Positions 9,770 to 20,717 of a stretch of DNA of 64,000 nucleotides are shown here, in pieces (the stretch's first letter is position 1; each line of letters begins with the position of its first letter). The translations under genes were made by a program, and so were the position numbers. This DNA is from Candidatus Latescibacterota bacterium (GTDB lineage: Bacteria > Latescibacterota > CBDEFO01): contig OZ252149.1 of assembly GCA_965248755.1 (NCBI GenBank), positions 1,088,001 to 1,152,000 on the forward strand, in the 5' to 3' direction. The notes below the pieces were generated by a model. That model searched no databases. It had not been told where the DNA came from and saw only the letters and a list, made by a program, of their open reading frames with translations.

Positions 9770-11179
9770 ATGGGAGACGTGATGACTGACAAACTGGCAT
9801 TGGAAGGCGGAACACCGACGGTTCCGGTGGAACTGATGGCCCACGATTGGGAGCGATACCGCAAGGCCAATGACGAAGAGATCGAAGCTGTGGCGTCGGT
9901 TCTGCGAATCGGGCATTTAAGCATAGCCTTGCCCGTCGGCATGCCGCAGGCTGACGCGCTCGAGAAGGAGTTCGCCCAGTGGACGGGGGCCGAATACTGC
10001 GTGGCGGTCGATTCGGGCACCGCGGCTCTGCACTGCGCCGTGGCGGGCGTCGGCGTCGAGGCAGGCGATGAGGTCATTATACCGGCTCACACCTTTATCG
10101 CCTCGGCCATGGCCGTGCTGCATCAAAACGCCATCCCCGTCTTCGTGGATACCGATCCACAGACCTTTCTGATCGACGTCAATAAGATCGAGCAGAAGAT
10201 CACGTCCAGGACAAAGGCCATCATGGTGGTGCAACTGTTCGGGCTGCCGGCCAACATGGACCGCATCCGCCAGATCGCCCAACGACACAACCTGAAAGTC
10301 ATCGAAGACGGTTGCCAGGCCTACGGCAGCCTCTATCACGGAAAGAAGGTCGGCACGCTGGGTGACGCAGGTGGGTTCTCCATGTGCACCACCAAACAGT
10401 TGATGGTCGGTGAAGGTGGGTTGGTGACCACCAACAGTAAGGATGTCTATGAACGCGCCGCCACGCTTCGCCTTTTCGGCGAGCAGGGCAGCGATATGAA
10501 GGCCAAAGATCGAAAGTACATGTCCGAAACGATCGGCTGGAACTACAAGATGGCCGAGACTCTTTCGGCACTGGCGCGAGTCAGGTTGAGGCATCTGGAC
10601 GAATACATCAGCGGTTGCCAGCGCAATTCTGAATACCTGACGCAGCAGCTTCAGCCGATAGATGGTGTGGAGCCGCCTTTCGTGCCGGAGGGCAGGACTC
10701 ACACCTATTACATCTACTCGGTTCATGTCAATCCCGGACAACTCAATCTGGACATCGAAGCGGGCCATCTGCGCGATGCCGTGTTGAACACCCTGGCGGC
10801 GGAAAACGTGGATGTGGCACTCTGGCAGAACGCCCCTGTGCCCGCCCAGCCGCTGTTCCAGAGCCGTAATGCTCGCGGCAAGGGCAGCCCGTGGATCTGG
10901 CTGGGTTCCGAGGTTACGTATGACCTGCACGACTATCCCAACACGTTTGAGTCATTGGACGATTCGTTCATGGTTCGCCGAATGTGCCCGCCCAATGACA
11001 CCGAATTGATGGATCGCTACGCCGACGCCTTTAGAAAGGTCTTTAGACGGATCGATCGCGTCGTCGAGCAATACGATCAGACACATCGATACAAACCACT
11101 TGAACAGCGGATCGCCTCCCTCAGGGGGGCCGTGATCAGTCCCGATAAAGCCGCCGAGAATACCACCAGGACAGGATGA
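9770..11179 (+). CDS. DegT/DnrJ/EryC1/StrS family PLP-dependent aminotransferase
   Basis: SGTAALH, GDEVIIPAHTFIAS, IEDGCQAYG and FSMCTTKQLMVGEGG (PLP lysine). Confidence 0.93.
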   Translation: MGDVMTDKLALEGGTPTVPVELMAHDWERYRKANDEEIEAVASVLRIGHLSIALPVGMPQADALEKEFAQWTGAEYCVAVDSGTAALHCAVAGVGVEAGDEVIIPAHTFIASAMAVLHQNAIPVFVDTDPQTFLIDVNKIEQKITSRTKAIMVVQLFGLPANMDRIRQIAQRHNLKVIEDGCQAYGSLYHGKKVGTLGDAGGFSMCTTKQLMVGEGGLVTTNSKDVYERAATLRLFGEQGSDMKAKDRKYMSETIGWNYKMAETLSALARVRLRHLDEYISGCQRNSEYLTQQLQPIDGVEPPFVPEGRTHTYYIYSVHVNPGQLNLDIEAGHLRDAVLNTLAAENVDVALWQNAPVPAQPLFQSRNARGKGSPWIWLGSEVTYDLHDYPNTFESLDDSFMVRRMCPPNDTELMDRYADAFRKVFRRIDRVVEQYDQTHRYKPLEQRIASLRGAVISPDKAAENTTRTG

Positions 11180-12252
11180 ACCCGATAACCGAAACTGCCA
11201 ACGACCCGCAGCGCGTACAGTGGGGCGTCCTCGGATGCGCCACCGTGGCTCGCAAGGTCATGGTGCCGGGTATCCAGAGATCAAACAACGGCGAAGTCCT
11301 GGCCGTCGCCAGCCGAAGGGTGAAGAAGGCAGATGACTTTGCCCAGTCGTTTGACATTGAACGCGCCTACGGGAGCTATGAGCAGCTGCTGGATGACGAT
11401 GACGTGCAGGCTGTCTACATTCCCCTTGCCAATTCTCTGCATTGCGAATGGACGATTCACGCTGCCAGCCGGGGCAAGCATGTACTTTGCGAGAAACCGC
11501 TCGCGTGCAATGCCTCCGAGGCGCGCGACATGGTAGAGGCCTGCCACAAGCACGGCGTGCTGCTCATGGAGGCCTTTGCCCACCGGTTTCATCCACACAA
11601 CGTGCAAGTCAGGCAACTGATCGACGACGGCAGGATCGGCAAGGTGCTGAGGATGTCGTCGGTGCACTCATCAGCCCGACCGGCTGCCGATAACATCCGG
11701 CTCAGCAAGGAGCTCAGCGGCGGCGTGCTAATGGACAAAGGTTGTTACTGTGTCAACACAGCGCGTTTCATATTCGGCTCAGAGCCCGTTCGCGTTTACG
11801 CCAGCATGGAATTCGGGGAATTAGGTAGAGACAGCGGCGTGGATGAGCGGGTGGTCGGCACGCTGGAATTTCCCTGCGGCGGTGTTCTGCAGTTCGACTC
11901 AGGCTTTAAGTTAGCCGAGAACAACATCTACCAGCAGGGCTACGAGGTCTTCGGAGCGCGCGGCCACATCTACATGCCCACAGGCATTGGGCAGGTTGAG
12001 ACCTATCGCACAGGTAAGCTGGTGGAAACCTACTTCTTTGTTAGCGATGACGCGGTAACAGGCGCGACAAATGAGAAGATCCATTGTCCGCCTGCGCACC
12101 AGTTTCAGTTCCAAGCGGAATATTTCGCCGACCGCGTGCTGAAAGGTGAACCGATTGAACAGCCGGCTGAAAACGGTCTGGCCAACATGAAGGCCATCGA
12201 TGCGCTCTACGATATCGCCAGACAGGGCCGGCCTGTCGAAGTTGCATGTTAA
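11176..12252 (+). CDS. Gfo/Idh/MocA family oxidoreductase
   Basis: WGVLGCATVA, AVYIPLAN, GKHVLCEKP and GGVLMDKGCY; ATGA overlap with the aminotransferase. Confidence 0.93.
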   Translation: MNPITETANDPQRVQWGVLGCATVARKVMVPGIQRSNNGEVLAVASRRVKKADDFAQSFDIERAYGSYEQLLDDDDVQAVYIPLANSLHCEWTIHAASRGKHVLCEKPLACNASEARDMVEACHKHGVLLMEAFAHRFHPHNVQVRQLIDDGRIGKVLRMSSVHSSARPAADNIRLSKELSGGVLMDKGCYCVNTARFIFGSEPVRVYASMEFGELGRDSGVDERVVGTLEFPCGGVLQFDSGFKLAENNIYQQGYEVFGARGHIYMPTGIGQVETYRTGKLVETYFFVSDDAVTGATNEKIHCPPAHQFQFQAEYFADRVLKGEPIEQPAENGLANMKAIDALYDIARQGRPVEVAC

Positions 12253-12281
12253 TCCAATAAAATCAGAAGATGGTACAGACC

Positions 12282-12653
12282 ATGAAGAAGCTTCGCGTTG
12301 CATCAGTACAGATGGAGCACACGCCGGGCGACAAGGAGGCCAACTTCGCCAAGATTCGTGACTTTGTCCAGCACGCTTCGCAGCAGGGTGTGGAGTTTAT
12401 CTCCTTCCCGGAATGCTGCATCACAGGCTACTGGCACCTGCGCCATCTTTCGCGGCAGCGTCTGGTCGAGCTGGCCGAGCCAGTCTTTGACGGCCCGGCA
12501 TCTCAGCAACTGCGCTCACTGGCAATGGATCACAAGATGACCGTCGCCGCCCTGCCCAATGGCGAATGTCAACGTCATCGCAAGCTGCACTGTATTGTCA
12601 GCGAACATATGTCCTCGGGTTCGGAATTTACCGTCTTTGATTCGTCGCCCTGA
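12282..12653 (+). pseudogene. Truncated nitrilase/carbon-nitrogen hydrolase
   Basis: RVASVQ, FPECCITGY (catalytic Glu) and HRKLH (Lys) are present. The ORF ends before the catalytic Cys and is joined to a copy of the sialidase 3' tail. Confidence 0.85.
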
Positions 12654-12915
12654 GATCAATACGACTTGTCCATGCCAAAAGTGGACTAGTAATTGGTGCA
12701 GCAGTCTTGGATATCCATTGACCTGTGCAAGAATCTGTGGAAAAAGCAACTTACAACTAATCAACCCCTTTATTAGCTGGGCTGCCGGATTAACTTAGGC
12801 TCCGTGAGCACATCATTAGGATCAAATTCCCTATCAGTTCTTGACAATGTCTTGTCGAAGTGCTACTGGTAATGCCTACTAGCCAACGGGTCGCCCGTTT
12901 CAGGATCGCAATCAC

Positions 12916-14163
12916 ATGCCCGCAAGCACGATAACACATACACGCGAATACGAATTGTTCTGCCAGGGGAGGCTAGCCAATCCCTATCCACTCTATCACG
13001 AGCTACTGAGCGATGCCCCCGTTCACTGGTGTGAACCCTGGGGTTGCTGGGTGGTCACCCGTTACGACGATGTCCGGCAGGCACACGCCAACCTGCACCT
13101 CTCTTCGGACAAGCCGCGGGCCAAGATGAGCGTCCTCCCACAGCTGCTGCGGAGCAAGGTAGACGCCCTGGGGCAGCATCTGTCCAAATGGGTATCGCAC
13201 AGTGATCCGCCGGACCACACGCGTCTGCTGGGGCTGGTCAACCAAGCGTTCACCCCACGCTCCATCCAGGCGATGCGGAGTCGTATCTCCATGATCGCCA
13301 ACGAGCTCATCGATACTGTGGAGCCGCGCGGCCGGATGGATCTGATCGCCGACTTCGCCTATCCCATGCCTGTGACGGTGGTCTGCGAGCTCTTGGGCAT
13401 CCCGGCAGAGGACCGCGCACAGTTCGGGGTGTGGATCGAGGACATCGTGGCCTTCCTCGACGGTCCGGCGTCGCAGCTTGCTGACGTGGCCGAGCAGTCA
13501 CTTTCAGGTCTGACCGACCTTACAGAATACTTCGATCAGATCATCAGCCGCAAGCGCGCTGAACCGGGCGACGATCTGATTAGCACGTTACTTGGCATTG
13601 AGGAGGCCGGCGACAGGCTCACGGATGAGGAACTGCTGGCCATGTGCGTTCAGATGCTCGTTGCAGGGAACGACACAACAACCGGTTTGATCGGCAACGG
13701 CATCTTCGCGCTGCTCCAGAATGGGGAGGAGATGGAGCGACTGAGCGCACATCCCGAGATGATCAAATCGGCCGTTGAAGAGTTTCTGCGCTACGAAAGT
13801 CCCGGCCCGCGAAATACCAGGATCGCGACGGAGGACATGGAGATCGGGGGGCTTCGGATCAGGGAGGGACAGACGGTCGCCCTGATGGTGGGGGCTGCGA
13901 ACCGCGATCCGAAGCAGTTCCCAGATCCGGACAGGCTGGACATAGGCCGAAGACCGAACAAGCATCTGGCGTTCGGCTGGGGCGTACATTTCTGCCTCGG
14001 TGCGCCCCTGGCCCGATTGGAAGGCCAGATTGCGGTTTCCTCGATCCTTCGCAGGTTGCCCAGGCTTCGTCTGGCAGATGAACAGATAGCCGACCATCCG
14101 CCCTGGCGGCACTCGTCCGGCCTGCGGCTGCTCGACTCGCTGCCGGTGGAATTTGGAGTTTGA
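12916..14163 (+). CDS. Cytochrome P450
   Basis: DPPDHTRL, I-helix AGNDTT, ExxR (EEFLR), ANRDP and heme motif FGWGVHFCLG. Confidence 0.97.
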   Translation: MPASTITHTREYELFCQGRLANPYPLYHELLSDAPVHWCEPWGCWVVTRYDDVRQAHANLHLSSDKPRAKMSVLPQLLRSKVDALGQHLSKWVSHSDPPDHTRLLGLVNQAFTPRSIQAMRSRISMIANELIDTVEPRGRMDLIADFAYPMPVTVVCELLGIPAEDRAQFGVWIEDIVAFLDGPASQLADVAEQSLSGLTDLTEYFDQIISRKRAEPGDDLISTLLGIEEAGDRLTDEELLAMCVQMLVAGNDTTTGLIGNGIFALLQNGEEMERLSAHPEMIKSAVEEFLRYESPGPRNTRIATEDMEIGGLRIREGQTVALMVGAANRDPKQFPDPDRLDIGRRPNKHLAFGWGVHFCLGAPLARLEGQIAVSSILRRLPRLRLADEQIADHPPWRHSSGLRLLDSLPVEFGV

Positions 14164-14292
14164 CGGAGATCCGGCGTGGCATCTCACGCCAATGCTGCGA
14201 AGTTGTTATTGCTGTTGCGCGGACACAGGATGACTTCACACGTAATAGCTGTTCACCCCGACGGCACTATAGGTAACAAGGACACCAAAGCA

Positions 14293-17088
14293 CTGAAAAA
14301 TGTACTTATCTTGACGTCACTGCTGCTCTGGACCGTAATATCTCAGGGGGACGAGAGAGCCTCGTGGGTCACTAGCGGGTTCGAGGACTTTTCAAAGGGC
14401 ACTTTTGACGCGGCGGGAGCGAACCTCTATGTGTCTCGCGGTGGGCGCGTTCAGATGATACGCACGTGGGACGTTAATCACGACGGGAATATCGATCTGT
14501 ATTTCGGTAACTCTCACGATTTGATAGAATACGAGCCGGCACGCGTCTATTTTCAGCGAGATGGCAAGCCGGATCCCGACGCAAGCTTAATGTTGCCCAC
14601 ACTCCATTCATCTTCACAGTGCGTAAGCGACTTGAATGATGATGGGTATACAGATGTGATCATACTCAATTATATGTGGGTCCCAGATCCTGTGGTTAGA
14701 AGTTTCATCTATTGGGGCGGGCCTGAAGGTCTGACCCCGAAGTATCGGACTTCCATTCCGACGTTCTCTGCCCGACAGGCCTTCGCTGCGGACTTGAACG
14801 GTGACGGATTAAAGGAAATTATCGTGTTTAACCAAGAACGGGAGCGGTTCGATCTCAAAGGGGGCTGCATTTCCATTTATTGGCAGACGGGGGCCGGTGT
14901 TTTCCCTCTCGACCGTCGTGATGACATCGTGGTGCCGTCACTTGGGGAGGCAGACATGGCCGATATAAATGGTGATGGTTTTGCCAATATAGTTTTTCAC
15001 GGCATACCTGCCGAGGATAGCCTTGGCCCTGTAGCCGTGCCTGTTCTTGAGGCCATCGGCAGCTCCAAGGAGGTGGAGAATGTCTTCCTTCTGGCCGGAA
15101 GGGAGGGTGGATTAGAGCCGATGCAAGTCCTTGCGATCAGCGGTGACCGATCTGGTAGACCTCGTTTGCTGAAGCTCAACGGAGCTTATCATCTGGGAAT
15201 GTTGACCGAAGAGACAATAGATCTGTATCCCTTTTCCGGACTGCAGGTGGCAGAACCCAGACAGATCGAACTGTCCGGCGAAAAGCGCCAAGTGGTTGTG
15301 GCTGATCTCAACGCCGACGGCCTCGATGACCTGATCTGTGTTCGATCCGGGAATATCCACTTCCTGTGGGGATCGGATACCGGCTACGACCCCAAGCGGG
15401 AATTCACCTTACCAATCCAGGCAACAAACATTACCATCGGAGATGTTACTAACGACGTATTACCGGATCTGGCTGTAGCGGTATATGAACACGGTAAAAG
15501 CTACACTGCCCAATCCCGGGTGTACATAAACAGCAAAAAAGGCCTGGACGAAGATCGCTTCATTGCTCTGGAAACTTCCGGTGCTACGGAAGTCCACGTT
15601 GCGGATTTGAATCACGATGGGAAGAAAGATATCATCTTCGCCTGCTCTCTAGGAGGACACTCCTCGCTCGATCCGCCTGTTCGGGTTTATCTAGGCAGTT
15701 ATGACGGCATCTATAAGCCAGGTCGCCATTACGATCTGCCCGCCGTCAGTGCCTACGGAGGGTTCATGGCTGACTATAACGACGACGGTTTTGTCGATTT
15801 GTTAGTCTCGAACCAACGTGAGGGCACCCGCGCCCTTGGCGAGCAAACCAGCTCAATCTACTGGGGCGGCCAGGATGGCCTGTCCGTAGATCGTGTCTCG
15901 AGGTTCCCGACCGAATATGCGCTTATCTCGATGACCGCTGACATTAATCGCGACGGCTATCTGGATATCGTCATGGGTGCAGTCCAGGGGGGCACGACAT
16001 ACGCATATTGGGGCGGCGAGACTGGGTTTTCGGCAGAGCGGCGACAGGCCGTCAAGCTGGGTGATGTGTGGGGAATACATCTGGCTGACGTGGACAGAGA
16101 CGGCTGGCTTGATTTGGTCTATACCGCCATCGAACACAACGCTACCTATATCCTTCTGGGTGATAAGAAGGGTTTTGATGTGGACCGTAAAATCACACTT
16201 CCCATGCCCTCCGGCGGAGCAGGAGTGGAGACGGCTGACCTGGATGGCAACGGCTGGCTTGACCTGGTTCTCACCGGCTGGTCCAATCCTCGAAAGGGCT
16301 TTGCCGGGACCAACGTACCGAGCTATATTTGGTGGGGTTCCGAGCGAGGTTTCTCCGCGGCCCGACGGACCGAATTTATGTTGCAGGGCGCTGATCACGG
16401 CGTCGCCATCGCCGATCTGAACAGAGACGGACATCTGGACATTGTTTGCAGTAACTACGATCAGGGTATCGAGCGCATCTTTGATGCTTACATATTCTGG
16501 GGAAATCCAGAATCCATATACTCTATGGACAAGAGGACACGACTACGCCAGGCCGCATCGCTTGGGATGATGGTTGCTGATTTCAACCACGACGGTTGGC
16601 CCGATATTTCATTCTGCAATCACAATCCAGGCGGTGACCATAATACCCTTTCGCGTGTTCACTGGAACCGGCAGGGTAAATTCACCGATGACGATGTGAC
16701 CTTGCTGCCCACCCTTGGTCCGCACGGATCGATCGCCTCGGACCTCGGCAACGCCTATACCCGAAAGCTCGAAGAAACGTATACCTCGACCGTGTTCCAG
16801 CGCCCGGCGAACGCTAGCTTTGATAAACTTTCATGGAAGGCCCAGAATAAATTCGGTACGTCCGTCGTTTTCGAGGTCCGAACCGCGGCTACACGTAAAG
16901 GCCTAAATAGCACAGCTTGGCTCGGGCCTGACGGAGAAAGTTCCTACTTCACCGAGCCCAGTACAAGCCTAAAAATGCTTCCAGCCAAGCATCCATGGAT
17001 ACAATACCGTGCTGTCCTGAGGACCCCGGACGGTGCGGCCACCCCCATTCTCACAGAGGTACAGATTGCCCTATGCCCTGTGGATTAG
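14293..17088 (+). CDS. Secreted FG-GAP/VCBS repeat protein
   Basis: Many D-[LIVF]-N-x-D-G-x-x-D repeats. A signal peptide (L)KNVLILTSLLLWTVISQG begins at CTG 14293; upstream alternatives are GTG 14176 and ATG 14230. Confidence 0.85.
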   Translation: MKNVLILTSLLLWTVISQGDERASWVTSGFEDFSKGTFDAAGANLYVSRGGRVQMIRTWDVNHDGNIDLYFGNSHDLIEYEPARVYFQRDGKPDPDASLMLPTLHSSSQCVSDLNDDGYTDVIILNYMWVPDPVVRSFIYWGGPEGLTPKYRTSIPTFSARQAFAADLNGDGLKEIIVFNQERERFDLKGGCISIYWQTGAGVFPLDRRDDIVVPSLGEADMADINGDGFANIVFHGIPAEDSLGPVAVPVLEAIGSSKEVENVFLLAGREGGLEPMQVLAISGDRSGRPRLLKLNGAYHLGMLTEETIDLYPFSGLQVAEPRQIELSGEKRQVVVADLNADGLDDLICVRSGNIHFLWGSDTGYDPKREFTLPIQATNITIGDVTNDVLPDLAVAVYEHGKSYTAQSRVYINSKKGLDEDRFIALETSGATEVHVADLNHDGKKDIIFACSLGGHSSLDPPVRVYLGSYDGIYKPGRHYDLPAVSAYGGFMADYNDDGFVDLLVSNQREGTRALGEQTSSIYWGGQDGLSVDRVSRFPTEYALISMTADINRDGYLDIVMGAVQGGTTYAYWGGETGFSAERRQAVKLGDVWGIHLADVDRDGWLDLVYTAIEHNATYILLGDKKGFDVDRKITLPMPSGGAGVETADLDGNGWLDLVLTGWSNPRKGFAGTNVPSYIWWGSERGFSAARRTEFMLQGADHGVAIADLNRDGHLDIVCSNYDQGIERIFDAYIFWGNPESIYSMDKRTRLRQAASLGMMVADFNHDGWPDISFCNHNPGGDHNTLSRVHWNRQGKFTDDDVTLLPTLGPHGSIASDLGNAYTRKLEETYTSTVFQRPANASFDKLSWKAQNKFGTSVVFEVRTAATRKGLNSTAWLGPDGESSYFTEPSTSLKMLPAKHPWIQYRAVLRTPDGAATPILTEVQIALCPVD

Positions 17089-17135
17089 GAGTTATACCAG
17101 TCCCAGAACCAGACGTAGAACAAGGAACCTTCCTG

Positions 17136-18452
17136 ATGACAATCATAATCTCTGCTGCAATTGCCCTATTAATTCTTTCCGCATTCTGCCTTACCGACGA
17201 TTCTGTGGCGTTGCCCAGAGCCACGTCAGCTATCGTTATGGGATGGCAGCCACATACGGTCCGACAACTCAACGGCTCGGCCCAGCAAATCCGGCTGTCT
17301 TCAAAGTTCCAGATCATCTCTGCAAAGAGTCGCCATCGGGTAGCGACCATCCCCTACCTTGTCTATATGCCGGAGAAGGATCGGCTGCTCATGCTGGCCA
17401 ATTATGATTATCCGCATCGCCCCTTTACTATGACCAGCGACGATCATGGAGACAGTTGGACTGCTCCGCGTCCGCTGACCCTCGACAAGGATGGCAAGCC
17501 TGCCGGTGGCCTGGGGCTGGGCCTAGCTTATCTTGGCAATGGGAATGCACTCTTGTACTCGGGCCGCGACCGCTGGTTCAGCAGGGACTACGGTAAGACC
17601 TGGGGCGATACGGCTCGGATAGCCCCGCCTTCTGACAGAAGCTATTGGGCCCCCTGGCTCCCACCGTTGGTCGAGCGAGACCACAAGACCAGCAAAGTCA
17701 GCCGGATTGCGGAGACGGGCTACGCCTGGTTCAAACCTCCCGAGGTCAAGCACGACTATCAGCAGGGCTACATCCGCTTCAGTACTGACGAAGGGAAAAC
17801 CTGGAGCAAGGACATAAAGGTGCCGCAATGGAAAGAAGTCAGTGAGGTCGCTCTGTTTCGCGCCGGCAACGGTAACCTGCTCGCTGCTTGCAGGACCGAC
17901 CTTCCACCCGGGGTCACAGGAAATGACCACTACGAAGGGCTCGGGATCTCCATCTCTAAAGACGATGGCCGCACTTGGTCAACTGTCGAGAAACTCTATA
18001 ATTGGGGTCGCCATCACCCGTCCCTGCTCCTGATGCCCAATGGGGACATCGTCATGATTTATGTCGTCCGCGAGGGATACGTCAAGGACAAGAACGGGTT
18101 CAAGCAGTTCGGAATCGAAGCTATCGTCAGCCACGACCACGGCCTGACGTGGGATCTCGACCACAAGTACATCCTCCACGCCTGGGTAGGTAACCGTACG
18201 GGGGAGAAGGACTACTGGCCGGCCCCCTATTGTGCCTCGTCGAGTCTGCTTCCGGATGGATCAATCATTACCGTCTTTGGTACCGGCTACCGGAGTGAGC
18301 CCGGTCCGCCGGAGGCTCCGAACCGGTTCGCCCCAAGAGACCTCGGGCTGGTGCAGTGGAGGCTGAACCCTGAACCTGTAAACTCCGATCGGGAAATTCG
18401 TGACGCCCCATTCGACTCTGATCTCCGAAACATCTTTGATCCCTCGTCTTGA
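17136..18452 (+). CDS. Secreted BNR/Asp-box sialidase-like protein
   Basis: Signal peptide MTIIISAAIALLILSAFC; Asp-boxes SDDHGDSW, SRDYGKTW, STDEGKTW, SKDDGRTW, SHDHGLTW. Confidence 0.88.
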   Translation: MTIIISAAIALLILSAFCLTDDSVALPRATSAIVMGWQPHTVRQLNGSAQQIRLSSKFQIISAKSRHRVATIPYLVYMPEKDRLLMLANYDYPHRPFTMTSDDHGDSWTAPRPLTLDKDGKPAGGLGLGLAYLGNGNALLYSGRDRWFSRDYGKTWGDTARIAPPSDRSYWAPWLPPLVERDHKTSKVSRIAETGYAWFKPPEVKHDYQQGYIRFSTDEGKTWSKDIKVPQWKEVSEVALFRAGNGNLLAACRTDLPPGVTGNDHYEGLGISISKDDGRTWSTVEKLYNWGRHHPSLLLMPNGDIVMIYVVREGYVKDKNGFKQFGIEAIVSHDHGLTWDLDHKYILHAWVGNRTGEKDYWPAPYCASSSLLPDGSIITVFGTGYRSEPGPPEAPNRFAPRDLGLVQWRLNPEPVNSDREIRDAPFDSDLRNIFDPSS

Positions 18453-18583
18453 GGTCAATACGCCCCGAGTGCTACCTATGCGACTACTTGGAGCCGGGAG
18501 CGTTCTCCTGCCTGTTTAATGAGAGTAATTATCGGTAGTCTGTTTGTTCTTTGACTGAACTTTGAAAACTGAAAGGACTCGAC

Positions 18584-20392
18584 ATTAAACTCAATTGTCT
18601 TCGTGTAATAGCTGTTATGTTTTGCATTGCGTCCATTGTAGATGATGCCGGTGCGGTGGACCCTGCGGCAGCGGAAGAAACCGATATCCTCAAGATCACC
18701 GTGGGTGAACCGACTCTGCTCGACCCCCGGAGCCAACAGAATACCGCCAGTCTCGCCGCCTCGCGAACAGGAGCACTGATCGTCTTTTATCCTTTTGGGC
18801 CCAGGGAGTATCGCAAGTGTCGCATTTCAAAAGACGCCGGCCTGACCTGGGGCAAGCCGACGGATCCTCCGCCTCATGAGGGTGGTGCTCAAGAAATCGG
18901 GCTGCGCGATGGCGGCGTGCTCAAGATTGGCAGTGACGCTACTCCTACCCCAGGAAAACCAGACTGGTTTGATGCGAAAACCTTTAAAATGGTCGACGAT
19001 TTCAGGATCAATAGTGACACGGGGAAAGTCGATCATGAAACATTTACAGCCAAGATACATATGCCGAATTCTATAGCCTCTCTTGACTCACCATATCCAG
19101 GTATGTCCAAAGGCCCAATCATCCAAGTACCCAACGGGGATCTGTTAATGCCGATGCATGGCGGCTTAACGGGTGATCGCGAAGATGTACACCGGGCATA
19201 CCTTGTCCGATCTACCGACCACGGCAGAACCTGGTCGTATCACGCGAGCATCGATCATACCCCCAAGGATCCCAACCCGGAACTTCCCGGTCAGTACACC
19301 GGCTCCTGCGAGCCGAGTGTCGGGCTTTTGCCCAACGGTCAGATGTTGGCCATGCTCCGCGAGCAGGGTGCCCATTACCCGGGCGAATACAAACCCATGT
19401 ACGTGTGCTGGTCTAATGATTTGGGCAAGACCTGGACCAAGCCGGCGCCCACCAAGCCGCACCTTATGAATATCTCGCCGACCCTGCAGGTGCTGGACAA
19501 TGGCATAGTGGCCTGTCAATATGGTCGGCCGGGCTTTCATGTAGCCTTCAGTTTAGACAACGGACATACCTGGCAAGACCGCGTTAGTCTCTCACCATTC
19601 CCTGTCCGGCCAAGCCTTATCAATCCAAAGACAACGTCCGGGCCGACCGGTACAGGCCAGTATGACATGGAAAAAGCTGGTCCCAACAAATTGGTGGTAG
19701 TAGGCAGTGACGCCGAGGGCACAAAGGTTTGGCCAATCACGGTGGAACGTGTGAAGGTATCGCCGGCTCGCGTAGACTTGACTGGCTGGGTGTTGGCCCA
19801 GCAGGGCGGCCCCGATCCCGATCCGATGGCGGGTGTGAAGGTGGAACTGAGCCCGAATCGCTACACCCTCGACTCCTGGCTGGAGGATCCCGAAGTACTG
19901 GACGCCTGGAAGGCTGCCCCCAGGACAATCGGCTTACCCCAATTGAGCTATCTGTCGATCCGTAAAGAAAACGGCTATCCGACGGTGAAGACGGACGCCA
20001 AGGGAGACTTCCGCTTCGAGTCCGTCAAACTTGGTGAATATGTCCTGACGGTTGAAGCTGACGGTTACACCCCCCAGCATCGACACATCAAGGTCGGACC
20101 CCAAGCTAAACCACAGGAGTTTCGCTTGAATGCTGGCCGAAAGATTTGCAACCAGGTTGTAGATGAGAAGGGTAAGCCGGCTGCTGGTGCATGTGTGGTG
20201 CTGAACAATTGGCACATGCACACAGATGCCCAAGGTTTCTTTCACTGGTCGTTGGAGAACCCGCTTCCGGAACAGGTATCGGTCAAGGTTTACAAGCGAT
20301 ATGGTGGTGGCCCAGTTCGTATACCTCTGAAGCAGCATTACACGGTTTCGCTCTCGCAGATCGAGAGTCAGCCGATGATCCTGAGCCGCTAG
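18584..20392 (+). CDS. BNR propeller plus C-terminal carboxypeptidase-regulatory-like beta-sandwich domains, paralog 1
   Basis: Four Asp-boxes; TDAKGDFRFESVKLGEYVLTVEADGY. The start position homologous to the paralogs is ATT 18584; the first ATG is 18617. Confidence 0.85.
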   Translation: MKLNCLRVIAVMFCIASIVDDAGAVDPAAAEETDILKITVGEPTLLDPRSQQNTASLAASRTGALIVFYPFGPREYRKCRISKDAGLTWGKPTDPPPHEGGAQEIGLRDGGVLKIGSDATPTPGKPDWFDAKTFKMVDDFRINSDTGKVDHETFTAKIHMPNSIASLDSPYPGMSKGPIIQVPNGDLLMPMHGGLTGDREDVHRAYLVRSTDHGRTWSYHASIDHTPKDPNPELPGQYTGSCEPSVGLLPNGQMLAMLREQGAHYPGEYKPMYVCWSNDLGKTWTKPAPTKPHLMNISPTLQVLDNGIVACQYGRPGFHVAFSLDNGHTWQDRVSLSPFPVRPSLINPKTTSGPTGTGQYDMEKAGPNKLVVVGSDAEGTKVWPITVERVKVSPARVDLTGWVLAQQGGPDPDPMAGVKVELSPNRYTLDSWLEDPEVLDAWKAAPRTIGLPQLSYLSIRKENGYPTVKTDAKGDFRFESVKLGEYVLTVEADGYTPQHRHIKVGPQAKPQEFRLNAGRKICNQVVDEKGKPAAGACVVLNNWHMHTDAQGFFHWSLENPLPEQVSVKVYKRYGGGPVRIPLKQHYTVSLSQIESQPMILSR

Positions 20393-20508
20393 AGCTAGGG
20401 TAAGCGGTTTTCTTGCTTGGGCGTATCCCATTGCTCTATAGGCTATGCTTCAGAGATTTTATCGGATGCACTAGGCCCTCCGCTTGATTTTTGAAGAAAA
20501 AACAGTGC

Positions 20509-20536
20509 TTGCAAAACAGCACGGCACGTGTATATT
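20509..20536 (+). promoter_or_regulatory. Putative sigma70 promoter upstream of paralog 2
   Basis: TTGCAA-16 bp-TATATT. Confidence 0.4.
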
Positions 20537-20717
20537 ACCAAACAGATTGAGGATTTGGCGTTTTGCCACCGAGTGCGCTGCCCGGTCAGGCGAAACGCTG
20601 CAGGTCCCAAAGGGCCTGAACGGTTAAGGATATACAAAGTGACTTGGGAAATCCCAGTTAGTACTTGAGTAGTCTGTTTGTTCTTTGACTGAACTTTGAA
20701 AACTGAAAGGACTCGAC

